Of a stretch of 64,000 nt of DNA, positions 17,997 to 27,439 are shown piece after piece. Position numbers and translations under genes: made by a program. Below the pieces are notes generated by a model that worked only from the letters and a program-made list of their open reading frames with translations, did not search any database and had not been told where the DNA came from. The DNA is from Spirochaetia bacterium (lineage in GTDB: Bacteria > Spirochaetota > Spirochaetia > SZUA-6 > Bin103). The stretch is from contig CBDBDQ010000005.1 in assembly GCA_965203905.1 (NCBI GenBank), positions 1,440,001-1,504,000 on the forward strand, in the 5' to 3' direction. Each line of letters begins with the position of its first letter. The stretch's first letter is position 1.

Positions 17997-19051
17997 GCTC
18001 CGAAACGGTCGTTGATCTCCTCGCCGTAGTCGGCCCACCACTCCCAGTCGTTGAACACCGACCGCTCCAGGCGCTCGGGGGTGGCCGGCATGTGCGGCTC
18101 CATCGCAATCCCCGTCTCGTGGGTCGTCACCAGGTCGAACGCCGAGTGGCGCACCGGGCTGTAGGAGATGTAGCGGCTCATCGCCGCCATCGACTCCGGC
18201 CGGGCCACATACGCCAGGAACTCCAGCGCAAACTGCAGGTTGGGCGCCCCCGCCGGGATGGCGAGCTGTGAGTGATCCAGCACCTGGCCGTCCCAGACGA
18301 TCTCGAACGGCTGGTTCTCCACCACCTGGGCGTTGAAGATGCGGCCGTTGTAGGCGGTGGTCATCACCACCTCGCCGTCGGCCAGGAGCTGCGGCGGCTG
18401 CGCGCCGGCCTCCCACCACACCACCTGGTCCTTGATCGACTCCAGCTTGCGGAACGCCCGATCCACACCCGTGGGCGTGCTCAGGACGTCGTATACCTGT
18501 TCCACCGGCACACCGTCGGCGACCAGCGCGAATTCCAGGTTGGCGTACGGCGAGCGGCGCATGCCGCGGCGCCCGGGGAACTTGCCCAGGTCGAAAAAGT
18601 CGGCCATGGTCGACGGCCTGGCGCCGGAAAACAGGTCGCTGCGGTAGGCGTAGATGGTGGAGTACACGATCAGCCCGAGGCCGCACTCCGACAGGGTTCC
18701 GGCCAGAAAGTCCTGCTCTGCCGCCGCCGCGTCGGGGAAGATCTGCTCCAGCGGCAGGACCTCCAGCAGACCTTCGTCGCAGCCGCGCACGGCGTCCGGC
18801 GCCTCCAGGTCGACCACGTCCCAGTGGACGTTGCCGGTTTCCACCTGGGCGCGGATCTCGGCCAGGCCGCCGTTGAAGTCCTCCATGAACACGGCGAAGT
18901 GCACGGTCTTCCCGAACGGATCGAGCAGCGCCTGCTGCTGGGCGCGGCCGTACGCGCCTCCCCACGACACCATGGTCATCTTCCCGTCCGCGCTCGCGGC
19001 ACCCGCCGCCAGCACCCCGATCAGGGCCAGCAGCGCCAGCCGTCTGGTCAT
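17981..19051 (-). CDS. Polyamine-type ABC transporter substrate-binding protein
   Basis: Signal peptide, SWGGAY, WDVVD, FFDLGKFPGRRG, AYNGR. Confidence 0.9.
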   Translation of the reverse strand: MTRRLALLALIGVLAAGAASADGKMTMVSWGGAYGRAQQQALLDPFGKTVHFAVFMEDFNGGLAEIRAQVETGNVHWDVVDLEAPDAVRGCDEGLLEVLPLEQIFPDAAAAEQDFLAGTLSECGLGLIVYSTIYAYRSDLFSGARPSTMADFFDLGKFPGRRGMRRSPYANLEFALVADGVPVEQVYDVLSTPTGVDRAFRKLESIKDQVVWWEAGAQPPQLLADGEVVMTTAYNGRIFNAQVVENQPFEIVWDGQVLDHSQLAIPAGAPNLQFALEFLAYVARPESMAAMSRYISYSPVRHSAFDLVTTHETGIAMEPHMPATPERLERSVFNDWEWWADYGEEINDRFGAWLAR

Positions 19052-20217
19052 ATCTTCACTCCTTGCTCCTGCTCCTCCAGGTCCAATGCACGGCAATCGG
19101 CAGCCGCCCATCCGATCTCGATCTCGTCACCCTCAAGCAGCGCGCCGTGGCCCACGATGTTGGGAATCCGCAACTGGTAGTCGGTGCGCCCGTCCACCAT
19201 GGCATGGATCACCAGGTGATCGCCCAGGAAGGTGATCAGCTCCACGCGCGCGGGGAACTGGTTGCGGTAGGCGCCGGCGCGCGCCGCCACCCCGATCCGC
19301 TCCGGACGGATGGCCACCGTCACCTCGTCGCCGGGCGCGCACGCCGCCACCCGGTACGCCACCACCGTGCGCCCCGCGACGTCCACCCGGCAGTAGTCGC
19401 CGTCGACTGCCGCCACCCGCCCGCGCTGCAGGTTGTTGCCGCCGATGAAGCGGGCCACGAACGGCCGCTCCGGCTCCTCGTAGAGGATCTCCGGCGGCGC
19501 CACCTGCTCGATGCGGCCACGGTGGAACACGGCGATGCGGTCCGACATCACCATCGCCTCCTGCTGGTCGTGGGTGACGTAGACGACGGTGACGCCGAGG
19601 CGGCGGTGGATGCGCCGGATCTCGTACTGCATCTCCTCACGCAGGCTGCGGTCGAGGGCTCCCAGCGGCTCGTCCATCAGCACCAGGCGAGGCTCGAACA
19701 CCAGCGCGCGGGCGATCGCCACGCGCTGCTGCTGGCCGCCCGACAGCTCGTCGGGGCGGCGCCGCTCGAACCCCTCCAGCCGTACCAGCTGCAGCGCCCG
19801 GCGCACCCGCTCGCGGCGCTGCTCGGGGGCGAGCCGGCGCACCTCCAGCGGGAAGGAGAGGTTCTTCTCCACCGTCAGGTGAGGGAACAGCGCGTAGTTC
19901 TGGAACACCACGCCGATGTTGCGCTGCCGCGGCGGCAGATCGTGCACCGAGCGGCCGCCGATGCGGATGGTGCCGGAGGTGGGCATCTCGAACCCGGCCA
20001 GCATCATCAGGCAGGTGGTCTTGCCGGAGCCGGACGGACCCAGCAGGGTCAGGAACTCCCCCTCGCGCACGCTCAGGTCGAGGTCCCGCACCACCAGCGT
20101 GCGCCCGTCGTAGCTCTTCTCGATCCCCTCGAACTCGACGTACGGGGCCGCGCCGCTGGCTGCGTCCGCCGCCTGCGGTCGTGCGGCTGCTAAGCTGCCG
20201 GTGGCAGTCGCCATCAC
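19048..20217 (-). CDS. Polyamine-type ABC transporter ATPase (PotA-like)
   Basis: GPSGSGKTT, LSGGQQQR, MDEPLGALD, TOBE-like tail. Confidence 0.93.
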   Translation of the reverse strand: MMATATGSLAAARPQAADAASGAAPYVEFEGIEKSYDGRTLVVRDLDLSVREGEFLTLLGPSGSGKTTCLMMLAGFEMPTSGTIRIGGRSVHDLPPRQRNIGVVFQNYALFPHLTVEKNLSFPLEVRRLAPEQRRERVRRALQLVRLEGFERRRPDELSGGQQQRVAIARALVFEPRLVLMDEPLGALDRSLREEMQYEIRRIHRRLGVTVVYVTHDQQEAMVMSDRIAVFHRGRIEQVAPPEILYEEPERPFVARFIGGNNLQRGRVAAVDGDYCRVDVAGRTVVAYRVAACAPGDEVTVAIRPERIGVAARAGAYRNQFPARVELITFLGDHLVIHAMVDGRTDYQLRIPNIVGHGALLEGDEIEIGWAAADCRALDLEEQEQGVKI

Positions 20218-20223
20218 TTTCCT

Positions 20224-20252
20224 AGCGTGGTGTTCAAAACGCTGCGTGTCAA
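20224..20252 (-). promoter_or_regulatory. Sigma-70 promoter, leaderless configuration
   Basis: On the minus strand TTGACA-N17-CACGCT-N6-GTG(20217). Confidence 0.55.
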
Positions 20253-20301
20253 ACCTCCCGCTGCGGGCGTCCGGTCCCGGCCCGCGGGCCGCCGACTTCC
20301 C

Positions 20302-21024
20302 TCAATCGCGGTAGGAGGGGTCTTCCCGGTCCAGGATCGCCTGCAGCTCGCGGAAGTGGTCGTCGCTCAGGTCGGGGTAGTCGCGCCACTGGCGTTCGGT
20401 CCTGGCCGCCACCGCGTCGGACACGAGCCGCAACTCCCGGCCGGTCTGCAGAGCCGTGATGTAGGTGGCGCAGGCGCGCTCGAAGTAGTAGAGATCGTCG
20501 AACGCGCGCGCCACGGTCTCGCCGATCACCATCACCCCGTGGTGGCGCAGCAACAGGATCGGGGTGGCGCCGACGCGGCTGGCGACGCGCTCCGCCTCGT
20601 CGTCCAGGCCCATGCCTTCGAACCCTTCGTCGACGGTCACCCGCCCCCAGAAGCGCATGGCGTTCTGGTCGATGGGCGGCAGCGTCGGGTCGGCGAGACA
20701 GGCGAGCACGGTGGCGTACCGCGAGTGCACGTGCAGCAGGCAGCGGGCGTGGCGCACCCGGCGGTGGATGGCGCCGTGCAGCGCCCAGGCGGTCGGGTCC
20801 GGGGCATCCGGGTGCTGCATGGCGCGCTCGTCGCAGGCATCGAGCAGCAGCAGCTCGCTGGCCCTGACGCGCGCGAAGTGGCGGCCGCGCGGGTTCATCA
20901 GGAAGCGGGTACCGGCGTCGTCGACCGCAAGACTGAAGTGGTTGGCGACCGACTCGTGCAGATCGAGGCGCGCGGCCCAGCGGAACGCGCAGGCGAGTGC
21001 GATGCGTTCGGCTGCGAAGTCCAT
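20302..21024 (-). CDS. Class II aldolase/adducin family protein
   Basis: ESVANHFS, LHGAIH, LHVHS, LRHHG metal-binding histidines. Confidence 0.9.
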   Translation of the reverse strand: MDFAAERIALACAFRWAARLDLHESVANHFSLAVDDAGTRFLMNPRGRHFARVRASELLLLDACDERAMQHPDAPDPTAWALHGAIHRRVRHARCLLHVHSRYATVLACLADPTLPPIDQNAMRFWGRVTVDEGFEGMGLDDEAERVASRVGATPILLLRHHGVMVIGETVARAFDDLYYFERACATYITALQTGRELRLVSDAVAARTERQWRDYPDLSDDHFRELQAILDREDPSYRD

Positions 21025-21025
21025 G

Positions 21026-21982
21026 CTACTCCTCCTCCGGCGCCAGCCATGGGGCCGTCAGACCGAGCCGTGCCAGCTTCTGCTCCGCCTCGGCGCGCTC
21101 GCGGTTGCGGCGTAACGCAGCGCCGGCGGACGCGTCCGCGCGCTGCCGCAGCCAGCCAGCCCGCTCGGCCAGGTGCAGCGCCTCCTGCCGCCGGTCCGCG
21201 TTCAGGCAGGCCACGATCTCGCGCTCGACGCGGGTCAGCAGCAACGCCCCGGCGCGGTAGTCGAGGTACGCCTCCCAGGCGGCCGGCACCCAGCGGCTCA
21301 CCACCTGCTCCCCGATCAGCGTCGCGTAGGCGCGTATCTCCTCCTGCGCGTGATGGTCGGCGCGCAGGCTCAGGAAGTGCAGCAGGTTGTGCAGGTCGAT
21401 CTTCCAGTAGGCCTCGGTGTAGGTGGACAGCGGCAGGTCCTTGCGCGCCTGCTCGCGTGCCACTCCCGCGTCCAGGCGCTCCTGGTACAGCTCCCGCGCC
21501 CGCTGCTGGTGCTCCCGCTCGCGCGCCGAGAGGCGGGCCCCGACCTCGGCATCGAGCAGCCCGGCCGAGCCCTGGCGGTTGGCCGCGGACTGCAGCCGCC
21601 ACTGCCCCGGATCGGTGCGGCTGGCGGCGTCGATGGCCAGCGAGTAGCGGGTGGAGTACTCGTTCACATTGGCGGTGCGGTGGCGGATCCACTGCCGCCA
21701 GCAGTCCATCGGCACACGCACGTGCAGCTTGATCTCGCACATCTCGAACGGGGTGGTGTGGCGGTGCCGCAGCAGGTAGCGGATCAGGGTGCGGTCCTCG
21801 CTCACGCGCCGGGTGCCGGCGCCGTAGGAGACCCGCGCCGCCTGCACGATGGCGGCGTCCGAGCCCATGTAGTCCACCACCCGCACGTAGCCGTCGTCCA
21901 GCACCGGCAGGGGCCGGCCCAGGATCGCGTCCAGCCGCGGCGCGCTGGGGCGCTCGCCGGCGCCGGCGGCCGCGCTACTCAC
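21026..21982 (-). CDS. thyX: FAD-dependent thymidylate synthase
   Basis: AARVSY, HTTPFE, QWIRHRTANVNEYSTRY, REQARKDLP, AQEEIR. Confidence 0.96.
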   Translation of the reverse strand: MSSAAAGAGERPSAPRLDAILGRPLPVLDDGYVRVVDYMGSDAAIVQAARVSYGAGTRRVSEDRTLIRYLLRHRHTTPFEMCEIKLHVRVPMDCWRQWIRHRTANVNEYSTRYSLAIDAASRTDPGQWRLQSAANRQGSAGLLDAEVGARLSAREREHQQRARELYQERLDAGVAREQARKDLPLSTYTEAYWKIDLHNLLHFLSLRADHHAQEEIRAYATLIGEQVVSRWVPAAWEAYLDYRAGALLLTRVEREIVACLNADRRQEALHLAERAGWLRQRADASAGAALRRNRERAEAEQKLARLGLTAPWLAPEEE

Positions 21983-21998
21983 CGGTCGTCGCCGCGTC

Positions 21999-23777
21999 TC
22001 ATTCGGCGGCCGCGAACAGCTCCTCGCCGTGCTGCAGGCGGCGCGCGATCATCGCGGTCTGGTAGCCGGCGCGACGCGTCGGGCAGTGGGCGGCGAGGCT
22101 GCGCACCACGCCCACCATGATCTGTTCCGCGCCGCCGTCGTTGCCGCGCGCGGCGAGCTGCGTGGCCGCCGCCTCCAACACCTGCAAGGTGTGGAAGTCG
22201 AGATCCTCGCGCAGCGTGGCAAAGGCCAGGGTGTCCACCAGGCGTGCGAAGTGGGCCGGCCAGTCGCCGGCCGGTGCGCGCAGGTAGCCGCTGACCAGCT
22301 CGGCGGCGCGCTCCACCTCGCCGCGGTTGTCGAGCCGGCGCAACAGCTCGTCGAGCAGCGCACCGGGGCCGTGCTCCGCGCCGACCGGTGCCACCGCGCC
22401 CCGTTCCGCGGGCAGCTTGGCCGGCGGCACGTTCAGGTAGCGGTCCAGGTAGACCGCGATGCCGGCCTGCAGCAGCGCCCGCACCACGTCGGGCGCCTCG
22501 CTGCGCAGCAGGGCCTGCTGCACGGCGTTGCAGAAGATGAAGGTGTGCTGCGGGTTGAACCAGTCGCTGACCTCGTTGGAGGTGGCGAAACGCGCCAGCC
22601 GCAGGCCGGCGGCGCGGGTGACGGCGGCTCCCACGGCGGCCGGCGCCGCTCCGTCGAGGAGGGCCTGTTCCAGCGCCGCGATCACCTGCAGCGGATCGTC
22701 GCCCAGCACCTGCGCCACCAGGGCATCCTCGGCAGCCGCCGGGAGCGGCGCCGGGTCACGGCCGCCGGGCGCCAGTCTGGCCAGGCGGCCCTCGGCGGCG
22801 CGTACCGCGGCGGCGATCTCCACCGGGTGGTGCCACGGCGTGCCCTCCTCCCCGCCGCGGGCCGCGGCCAGGCTCGGCGCCAGCAGCGCCAGCAGGTCCG
22901 GCGGACCGGCGCCGTTCAGCAGATCGCTCAGCTCCAGCGCCTTGTTGCAGGCGTCGAACAGGTGGCCGGTATTGGCGTACAGGCGCTCGGCGGCGGCGCC
23001 GTACAGCAGGTCGGCGAGCTGCTCCGGCGGCAGGCGGTTGGCGACGCCGGTGAGCAGGGTGCGCTCCACCCCGTCGCGGTGGCGGGTGAGCACCCATTGC
23101 CGCAGCCAGCCCTTCAACGCGGCGTGCGGCGCCGGCGTGGCCAGGGGATCGCGCGGCCGCCGCGCCGGGGCCGCGTTGGCCTCGGCGGCGAGCTGGCGCA
23201 CCGCGTAGCTCAGCCCCAGGTAGAGGGTGTCGCGGCTCAGGTAGGGGGCCAGGCGCGCGACGCAGGTGAGGCGCACCATGCCCTCGCCGAAGCTGGAGAC
23301 GTTGGCCGCCGCGTAGTCCACCACGGCGGCCAGGATCGGGCCGACCTCCTCGCCGGCGCTGAGCAGGCTGATCAGGCTCTTGGCCTGCACCAGGCCCACG
23401 TCCAGCTCCATGCCGCGCCGCAGGCGCAGCCGGTGGTAGGCGGCGTCACGCGCCTGCTGCGGCCGCGTCGCCACCCACACACTGTCGCCGCGCACCTCGG
23501 TGGCGTAGGTGACGGCGTCGTCGGCCCACAGGTCGAAGGTGCAGCCGCTGCCGAGCTCGAAGCGCGCCTCGTGCCAGTGACAGGTCAGGATGCCGTCCTT
23601 GACGCTGCCCCGGTCGAGGGGAAAGCCCATGTGCGGGCAGCGGTTGTCCACCGCGTGGGTCTCCTCGCCGTCGGCAAATACCGCCACCGCCCGCTCGCCG
23701 GCCCGGGTCACCATCACCCCGCGCTCTCGCACCTCGGCCAGCGCGGCCACGCGAACCATGCCGTTGCCATTGTCCAT
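21999..23777 (-). CDS. Rieske [2Fe-2S] domain fused to a large helical domain of unknown function
   Basis: NRCPHMGFPL...TCHWH; C-terminal region with GHLFD, DWFNPQHTF, REDLDFHTLQ. Confidence 0.85.
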   Translation of the reverse strand: MDNGNGMVRVAALAEVRERGVMVTRAGERAVAVFADGEETHAVDNRCPHMGFPLDRGSVKDGILTCHWHEARFELGSGCTFDLWADDAVTYATEVRGDSVWVATRPQQARDAAYHRLRLRRGMELDVGLVQAKSLISLLSAGEEVGPILAAVVDYAAANVSSFGEGMVRLTCVARLAPYLSRDTLYLGLSYAVRQLAAEANAAPARRPRDPLATPAPHAALKGWLRQWVLTRHRDGVERTLLTGVANRLPPEQLADLLYGAAAERLYANTGHLFDACNKALELSDLLNGAGPPDLLALLAPSLAAARGGEEGTPWHHPVEIAAAVRAAEGRLARLAPGGRDPAPLPAAAEDALVAQVLGDDPLQVIAALEQALLDGAAPAAVGAAVTRAAGLRLARFATSNEVSDWFNPQHTFIFCNAVQQALLRSEAPDVVRALLQAGIAVYLDRYLNVPPAKLPAERGAVAPVGAEHGPGALLDELLRRLDNRGEVERAAELVSGYLRAPAGDWPAHFARLVDTLAFATLREDLDFHTLQVLEAAATQLAARGNDGGAEQIMVGVVRSLAAHCPTRRAGYQTAMIARRLQHGEELFAAAE

Positions 23778-23794
23778 CGCCACCCCTCCGTCTG

Positions 23795-24958
23795 TCAGTG
23801 ATGGAACAGACGCAGTCCCGTCAGCGCCATCACCAGTCCATGCTCGTCGCAGGCGCGCACCACGTCGGCGTCGCGCAGCGACCCGCCCGGCTGCACCACG
23901 TAGCGTACGCCGACACGGCGCGCCACGTCGATGCTGTCGCGATGCGGAAAAAAGCCGTCCGAGGCCAGCACCGCGCCTTCCATGCCGGCCAGCCACTCGC
24001 GCCGCGCGGCCGCGCTCAGCGGCTCCGGCATGCGCTCCACCTGGGCCCGCAGCCAGGCGTCGTCGGTAGCCTGCACCCCGCCCACGAACTGGGTGGTCCA
24101 GGTGTCGCGGTCGTGGCGCCGCACCCCTGGGCGAAAGCGCACCTCCTGCAGCGCCGGATGGAAGCGCAGGTACCAGGCGCACGCCTTCTCCACCGCGAGC
24201 TGGGTGCAATGGATGCGCGACTGCTGGCCGGCGCCGATGCCGATGGTCTGCCCGCGGTACACGATGCACACGGAGTTGGACTGGGTGTACTTGAGGGTGA
24301 TCAGCGCCAGCAGGATGTCCGGCACCACGTGCTCCGGGAGTTCGCGCGCGGCCGTGGGTACGTCGGCCAGCAGCTCACGGCCGATCGGCGCGGCGTTGCG
24401 CTGCTGCTCCAGGGTGACGCCGAACACCTCGCGCCGCTCGCATTCCGGCGGCCGGTAGCGCGGATCGATCTCCAGCACCCGGTAGGACCCGCCCTTCTTG
24501 GCTCGTAGCAGGTCCAGCGCCGCGACGGCGTATCCGGGGGCGACGATGCCGTCGGAAGTCTCGCGCCGCAGCAGCTCCGCCGCAGCCTGGTCCACCTCGT
24601 CGCTGAGTGCCGCCCAGTCGCCGTACGAGCTCATGCGGTCGGCGCCGCGAGCGCGCGCGTAGGCTGCTGCGACGGGGGACAGCTCGCCACGCCCGGCCGC
24701 GAACACGCGCCGCTCCGCCGCGTTCAACGGCTGTCCCAGGGCCGCGCCCGCCGGGCTCACGTGCTTGAACGAGGCCGCCGCCGGCAGCCCGGTGGCGGCC
24801 CGCGCCTCGCGTACCAGTTGCCACGAGTTGAGGGCGTCGAGGAAGTTGACGTAGCCCAGGCTCCCGCCGAGCACCCGGAACGGCAACGGCCCGTCGCGCA
24901 GCACGCGCGCCGGCGCCTGGTGCGGGTTGGTGCCGTAGCGCAGGGCCAGCTCAGCCAC
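23795..24958 (-). CDS. purH: AICAR formyltransferase (short PurH lacking the IMP cyclohydrolase domain)
   Basis: Begins at LRYGTNPHQ; SFKHVSPAG, KYTQSNSV, GQQSRIHC, SDGFFP, QPGGS, RLFHH. Confidence 0.9.
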   Translation of the reverse strand: MAELALRYGTNPHQAPARVLRDGPLPFRVLGGSLGYVNFLDALNSWQLVREARAATGLPAAASFKHVSPAGAALGQPLNAAERRVFAAGRGELSPVAAAYARARGADRMSSYGDWAALSDEVDQAAAELLRRETSDGIVAPGYAVAALDLLRAKKGGSYRVLEIDPRYRPPECERREVFGVTLEQQRNAAPIGRELLADVPTAARELPEHVVPDILLALITLKYTQSNSVCIVYRGQTIGIGAGQQSRIHCTQLAVEKACAWYLRFHPALQEVRFRPGVRRHDRDTWTTQFVGGVQATDDAWLRAQVERMPEPLSAAARREWLAGMEGAVLASDGFFPHRDSIDVARRVGVRYVVQPGGSLRDADVVRACDEHGLVMALTGLRLFHH

Positions 24959-26048
24959 CGGCCGCCGCCTCGGCGCGCCGCAGTTCCTCCACCTGGTAGC
25001 GGAAGGCCGCCGACTGCACCACCGGAACGCGCCGCAGCTCAGCCAGGGAAGCGGCCCCGCACAGCGTCATGGCGGTCCTCAGCTCATGCTCGATGCGCTC
25101 GATCAAGGCCGCCGCGCCGGCACTGCCGTCCGCCATCACGGCGCGGATGAAGGGCAGCGCCATCGCGCCGCAGGCGGCGCCCATGGCCACCGCCTTGGCC
25201 AGGTGCACGCCGTGGCGCAGGCCGCCGGAGGCGATCACGTTGCCCGCCACGTCGCCCAGCAGCGCCAGCAGCAACCCGGTGGGCAGGCCCCAGTCCGCGA
25301 ACCTGTCGGCGCTCTCCGGAAGCTCGCCCGGCAGCCGCCGCCCCTCCACCTGCACCCAGTTGGTGCCCCCGGCGCCGGCCAGGTCCACGTAGCGCACGCC
25401 GCAGCCGAGCAGGGCCCGCACCAGCCCCGGACGAATGCCGAACCCGGTCTCCTTGACCAGCACCGGCAGGCCGCACTCGCCGACGGCGCGCTCGATGGCA
25501 TCGAACAGACCGCGAAAGTCACGGTCGCCGCACGGCTGGAACAGCTCCTGCCCGGCGTTGAGATGCACCACCAGGCCCTGCACCTCCAGCCGCTGCAGGA
25601 CCGCGCGCAACGCGCCGCCGTCGAGATCGCGGAGCTGCACCGCGCCCAGGTTGGCCAGCACCGGAACGTCGGGCGCCAGCGGCTTGACGTGAAAGTCGGC
25701 GAAGGTCGCGGGATCCTGCAGCAGCGGCCGGATCGACCCCACCCCGACCGCGATGCCCGCCTGTTGCGCCGCCGCCGCCAGCGCGCGGTTGGCGGAGCGG
25801 CCGCGGCCGGAGCCCCCGGTCATGCAGGAGATCATCAGCGGCAGCCGCAGCGTGGCACGGAGGAACGGCTGTGCCGTGTCGACGGCGGCGCTGTCCAGCT
25901 CGGGGAGCGCCTGATGCAGCAACTGCACCTGGTCCAGGCTGGAGCCGCGGAGTGCGGGATCGGGGTAGCGCTCGTCGTCGAGGCAGATGTCGAGATGGTG
26001 CTCCTTGCGGCGCCCGATCTCGGCGTCCGCGCCGGCTCGCGTCGGCAT
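24951..26048 (-). CDS. fni: Type 2 isopentenyl-diphosphate delta-isomerase
   Basis: RKEHH, MTGG, ANLGAVQ, HLNAGQE, VKETGFG, GAGGTNW, SGGLR. Confidence 0.94.
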   Translation of the reverse strand: MPTRAGADAEIGRRKEHHLDICLDDERYPDPALRGSSLDQVQLLHQALPELDSAAVDTAQPFLRATLRLPLMISCMTGGSGRGRSANRALAAAAQQAGIAVGVGSIRPLLQDPATFADFHVKPLAPDVPVLANLGAVQLRDLDGGALRAVLQRLEVQGLVVHLNAGQELFQPCGDRDFRGLFDAIERAVGECGLPVLVKETGFGIRPGLVRALLGCGVRYVDLAGAGGTNWVQVEGRRLPGELPESADRFADWGLPTGLLLALLGDVAGNVIASGGLRHGVHLAKAVAMGAACGAMALPFIRAVMADGSAGAAALIERIEHELRTAMTLCGAASLAELRRVPVVQSAAFRYQVEELRRAEAAAGG

Positions 26049-26053
26049 ACCGC

Positions 26054-27331
26054 TTAGCAGCCGCCCCGCAGGCCGTATACCCGGTATCCGTCAGCGCGAA
26101 TCGACTGCAGGTAGAAGCTGTGCTCCGGGATGCGGCTGTCCGCTGACTCCGTGCCGCACCCGGCACGGTGACGCTCGTCGATCCATGCGTCGTAGTCCTC
26201 CAGCGACGCTTCCTCGGCGTGGGCCATCGCCCGCTGCAGGCACCAGCCGCCGATCACCGCCGGTGCCTGCGCGCTGACCCGGCCGACCAGTGCCAGCGCG
26301 GTGTTTCCCGACCCGTAGGCGACCAGCACGGCCTGCTTGCCGGCCAGCGCCGACTGCAACTCCTCGTGGCGCGCCGCCAGCAGCGCCGCCAGGCTGAGGA
26401 ACATCGAACCGGAGTACACGTTGCCTACCACCGCTGCCGGAGCGGTTCCGGCGTTGAACCGGCGCCGGGCCAGGAACGCGCCGGCGGCGGCAGCGTCGCT
26501 GCCGAGGTAACGCCGCACCAGACGGGCCAGGGTCTCCTCCGGCAACGAGCGAAACGGTACGTGCAGCGCGAACAACTCCGTCTCCTCCAACAGCGCGGCC
26601 ATGGTGCAGCCGCGGCGGGCACACAGGTCGAGCAGCGCCTCCTCCACCGTGCTCCGGTAGCAGTCGATCGAGTAGCGCCCCTTCACCCGCGCGGTGAGTG
26701 AGCCGAGCGGCCGAAAGAAGTCGTCCACGTCGTGCGAGGAATGACCCGGCGCTCCGAGGTCCAGCTCCAGCAGGCGCGGCGCGCGCTCCACCAGCAGCGC
26801 CACCGCCGCCGCGCCCTGGGTTATCTCGGCGCTGCTCCCCGGCGGATAGCGCGCCTCGTCGGTGCAGATGACCAGTCCCCGCTCCGCGCCGCCGCGACTC
26901 GCCCCCAGCATCGCGCCGACGCTCACCAGGCCGATCGCCCCGCCGGCGCAGGCGTGCTGAATGTCGAACGTGGAAACGGTCTGGGGGATGGCGTACCCGG
27001 CACGTTGCAGCATGCCCTGCACGTAGGCGGCGATCGGCTTCGACTGGTCGACCCCCGTCTCCGTGCCCACCACCAGGTAGCGCAGCGAGGCGATCGCCGA
27101 CGGGGACAGGCGCGCCACGACCTGCAGCGCCGCCTGGGCGGCCATGGTTGCCGCATCCTCCCAGGGATGGGGGAAGCGTAACGACACCTGGCCGGTGCGC
27201 TCACTCGAGCGTTCCAGCGCGCGTGCCCATTGCGGGTCGCTACGCCGGTAGCGGGCTATGATCGTTTCCAGCGGTATCAATGGGCGGGGGATGTGGACGG
27301 CGATGTCGCCGATCCCGAGTGCCGTCTCCAT
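26054..27331 (-). CDS. mvaS: Hydroxymethylglutaryl-CoA synthase
   Basis: GTETGVDQSK, HACAGG, EITQGAAA, DDFFRP, HVPF, GNVYSGS, YGSG. Confidence 0.9.
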   Translation of the reverse strand: METALGIGDIAVHIPRPLIPLETIIARYRRSDPQWARALERSSERTGQVSLRFPHPWEDAATMAAQAALQVVARLSPSAIASLRYLVVGTETGVDQSKPIAAYVQGMLQRAGYAIPQTVSTFDIQHACAGGAIGLVSVGAMLGASRGGAERGLVICTDEARYPPGSSAEITQGAAAVALLVERAPRLLELDLGAPGHSSHDVDDFFRPLGSLTARVKGRYSIDCYRSTVEEALLDLCARRGCTMAALLEETELFALHVPFRSLPEETLARLVRRYLGSDAAAAGAFLARRRFNAGTAPAAVVGNVYSGSMFLSLAALLAARHEELQSALAGKQAVLVAYGSGNTALALVGRVSAQAPAVIGGWCLQRAMAHAEEASLEDYDAWIDERHRAGCGTESADSRIPEHSFYLQSIRADGYRVYGLRGGC

Positions 27332-27439
27332 CAGCGACGCGCGCCACCCTACCCCACAGCCATCCCTCTGTCCAGCGCGGCGCGGAGCCGGCGGAACAGC
27401 GACGCGACGCGACGCTTCGGATATGCTGCGGGCGCCGCC

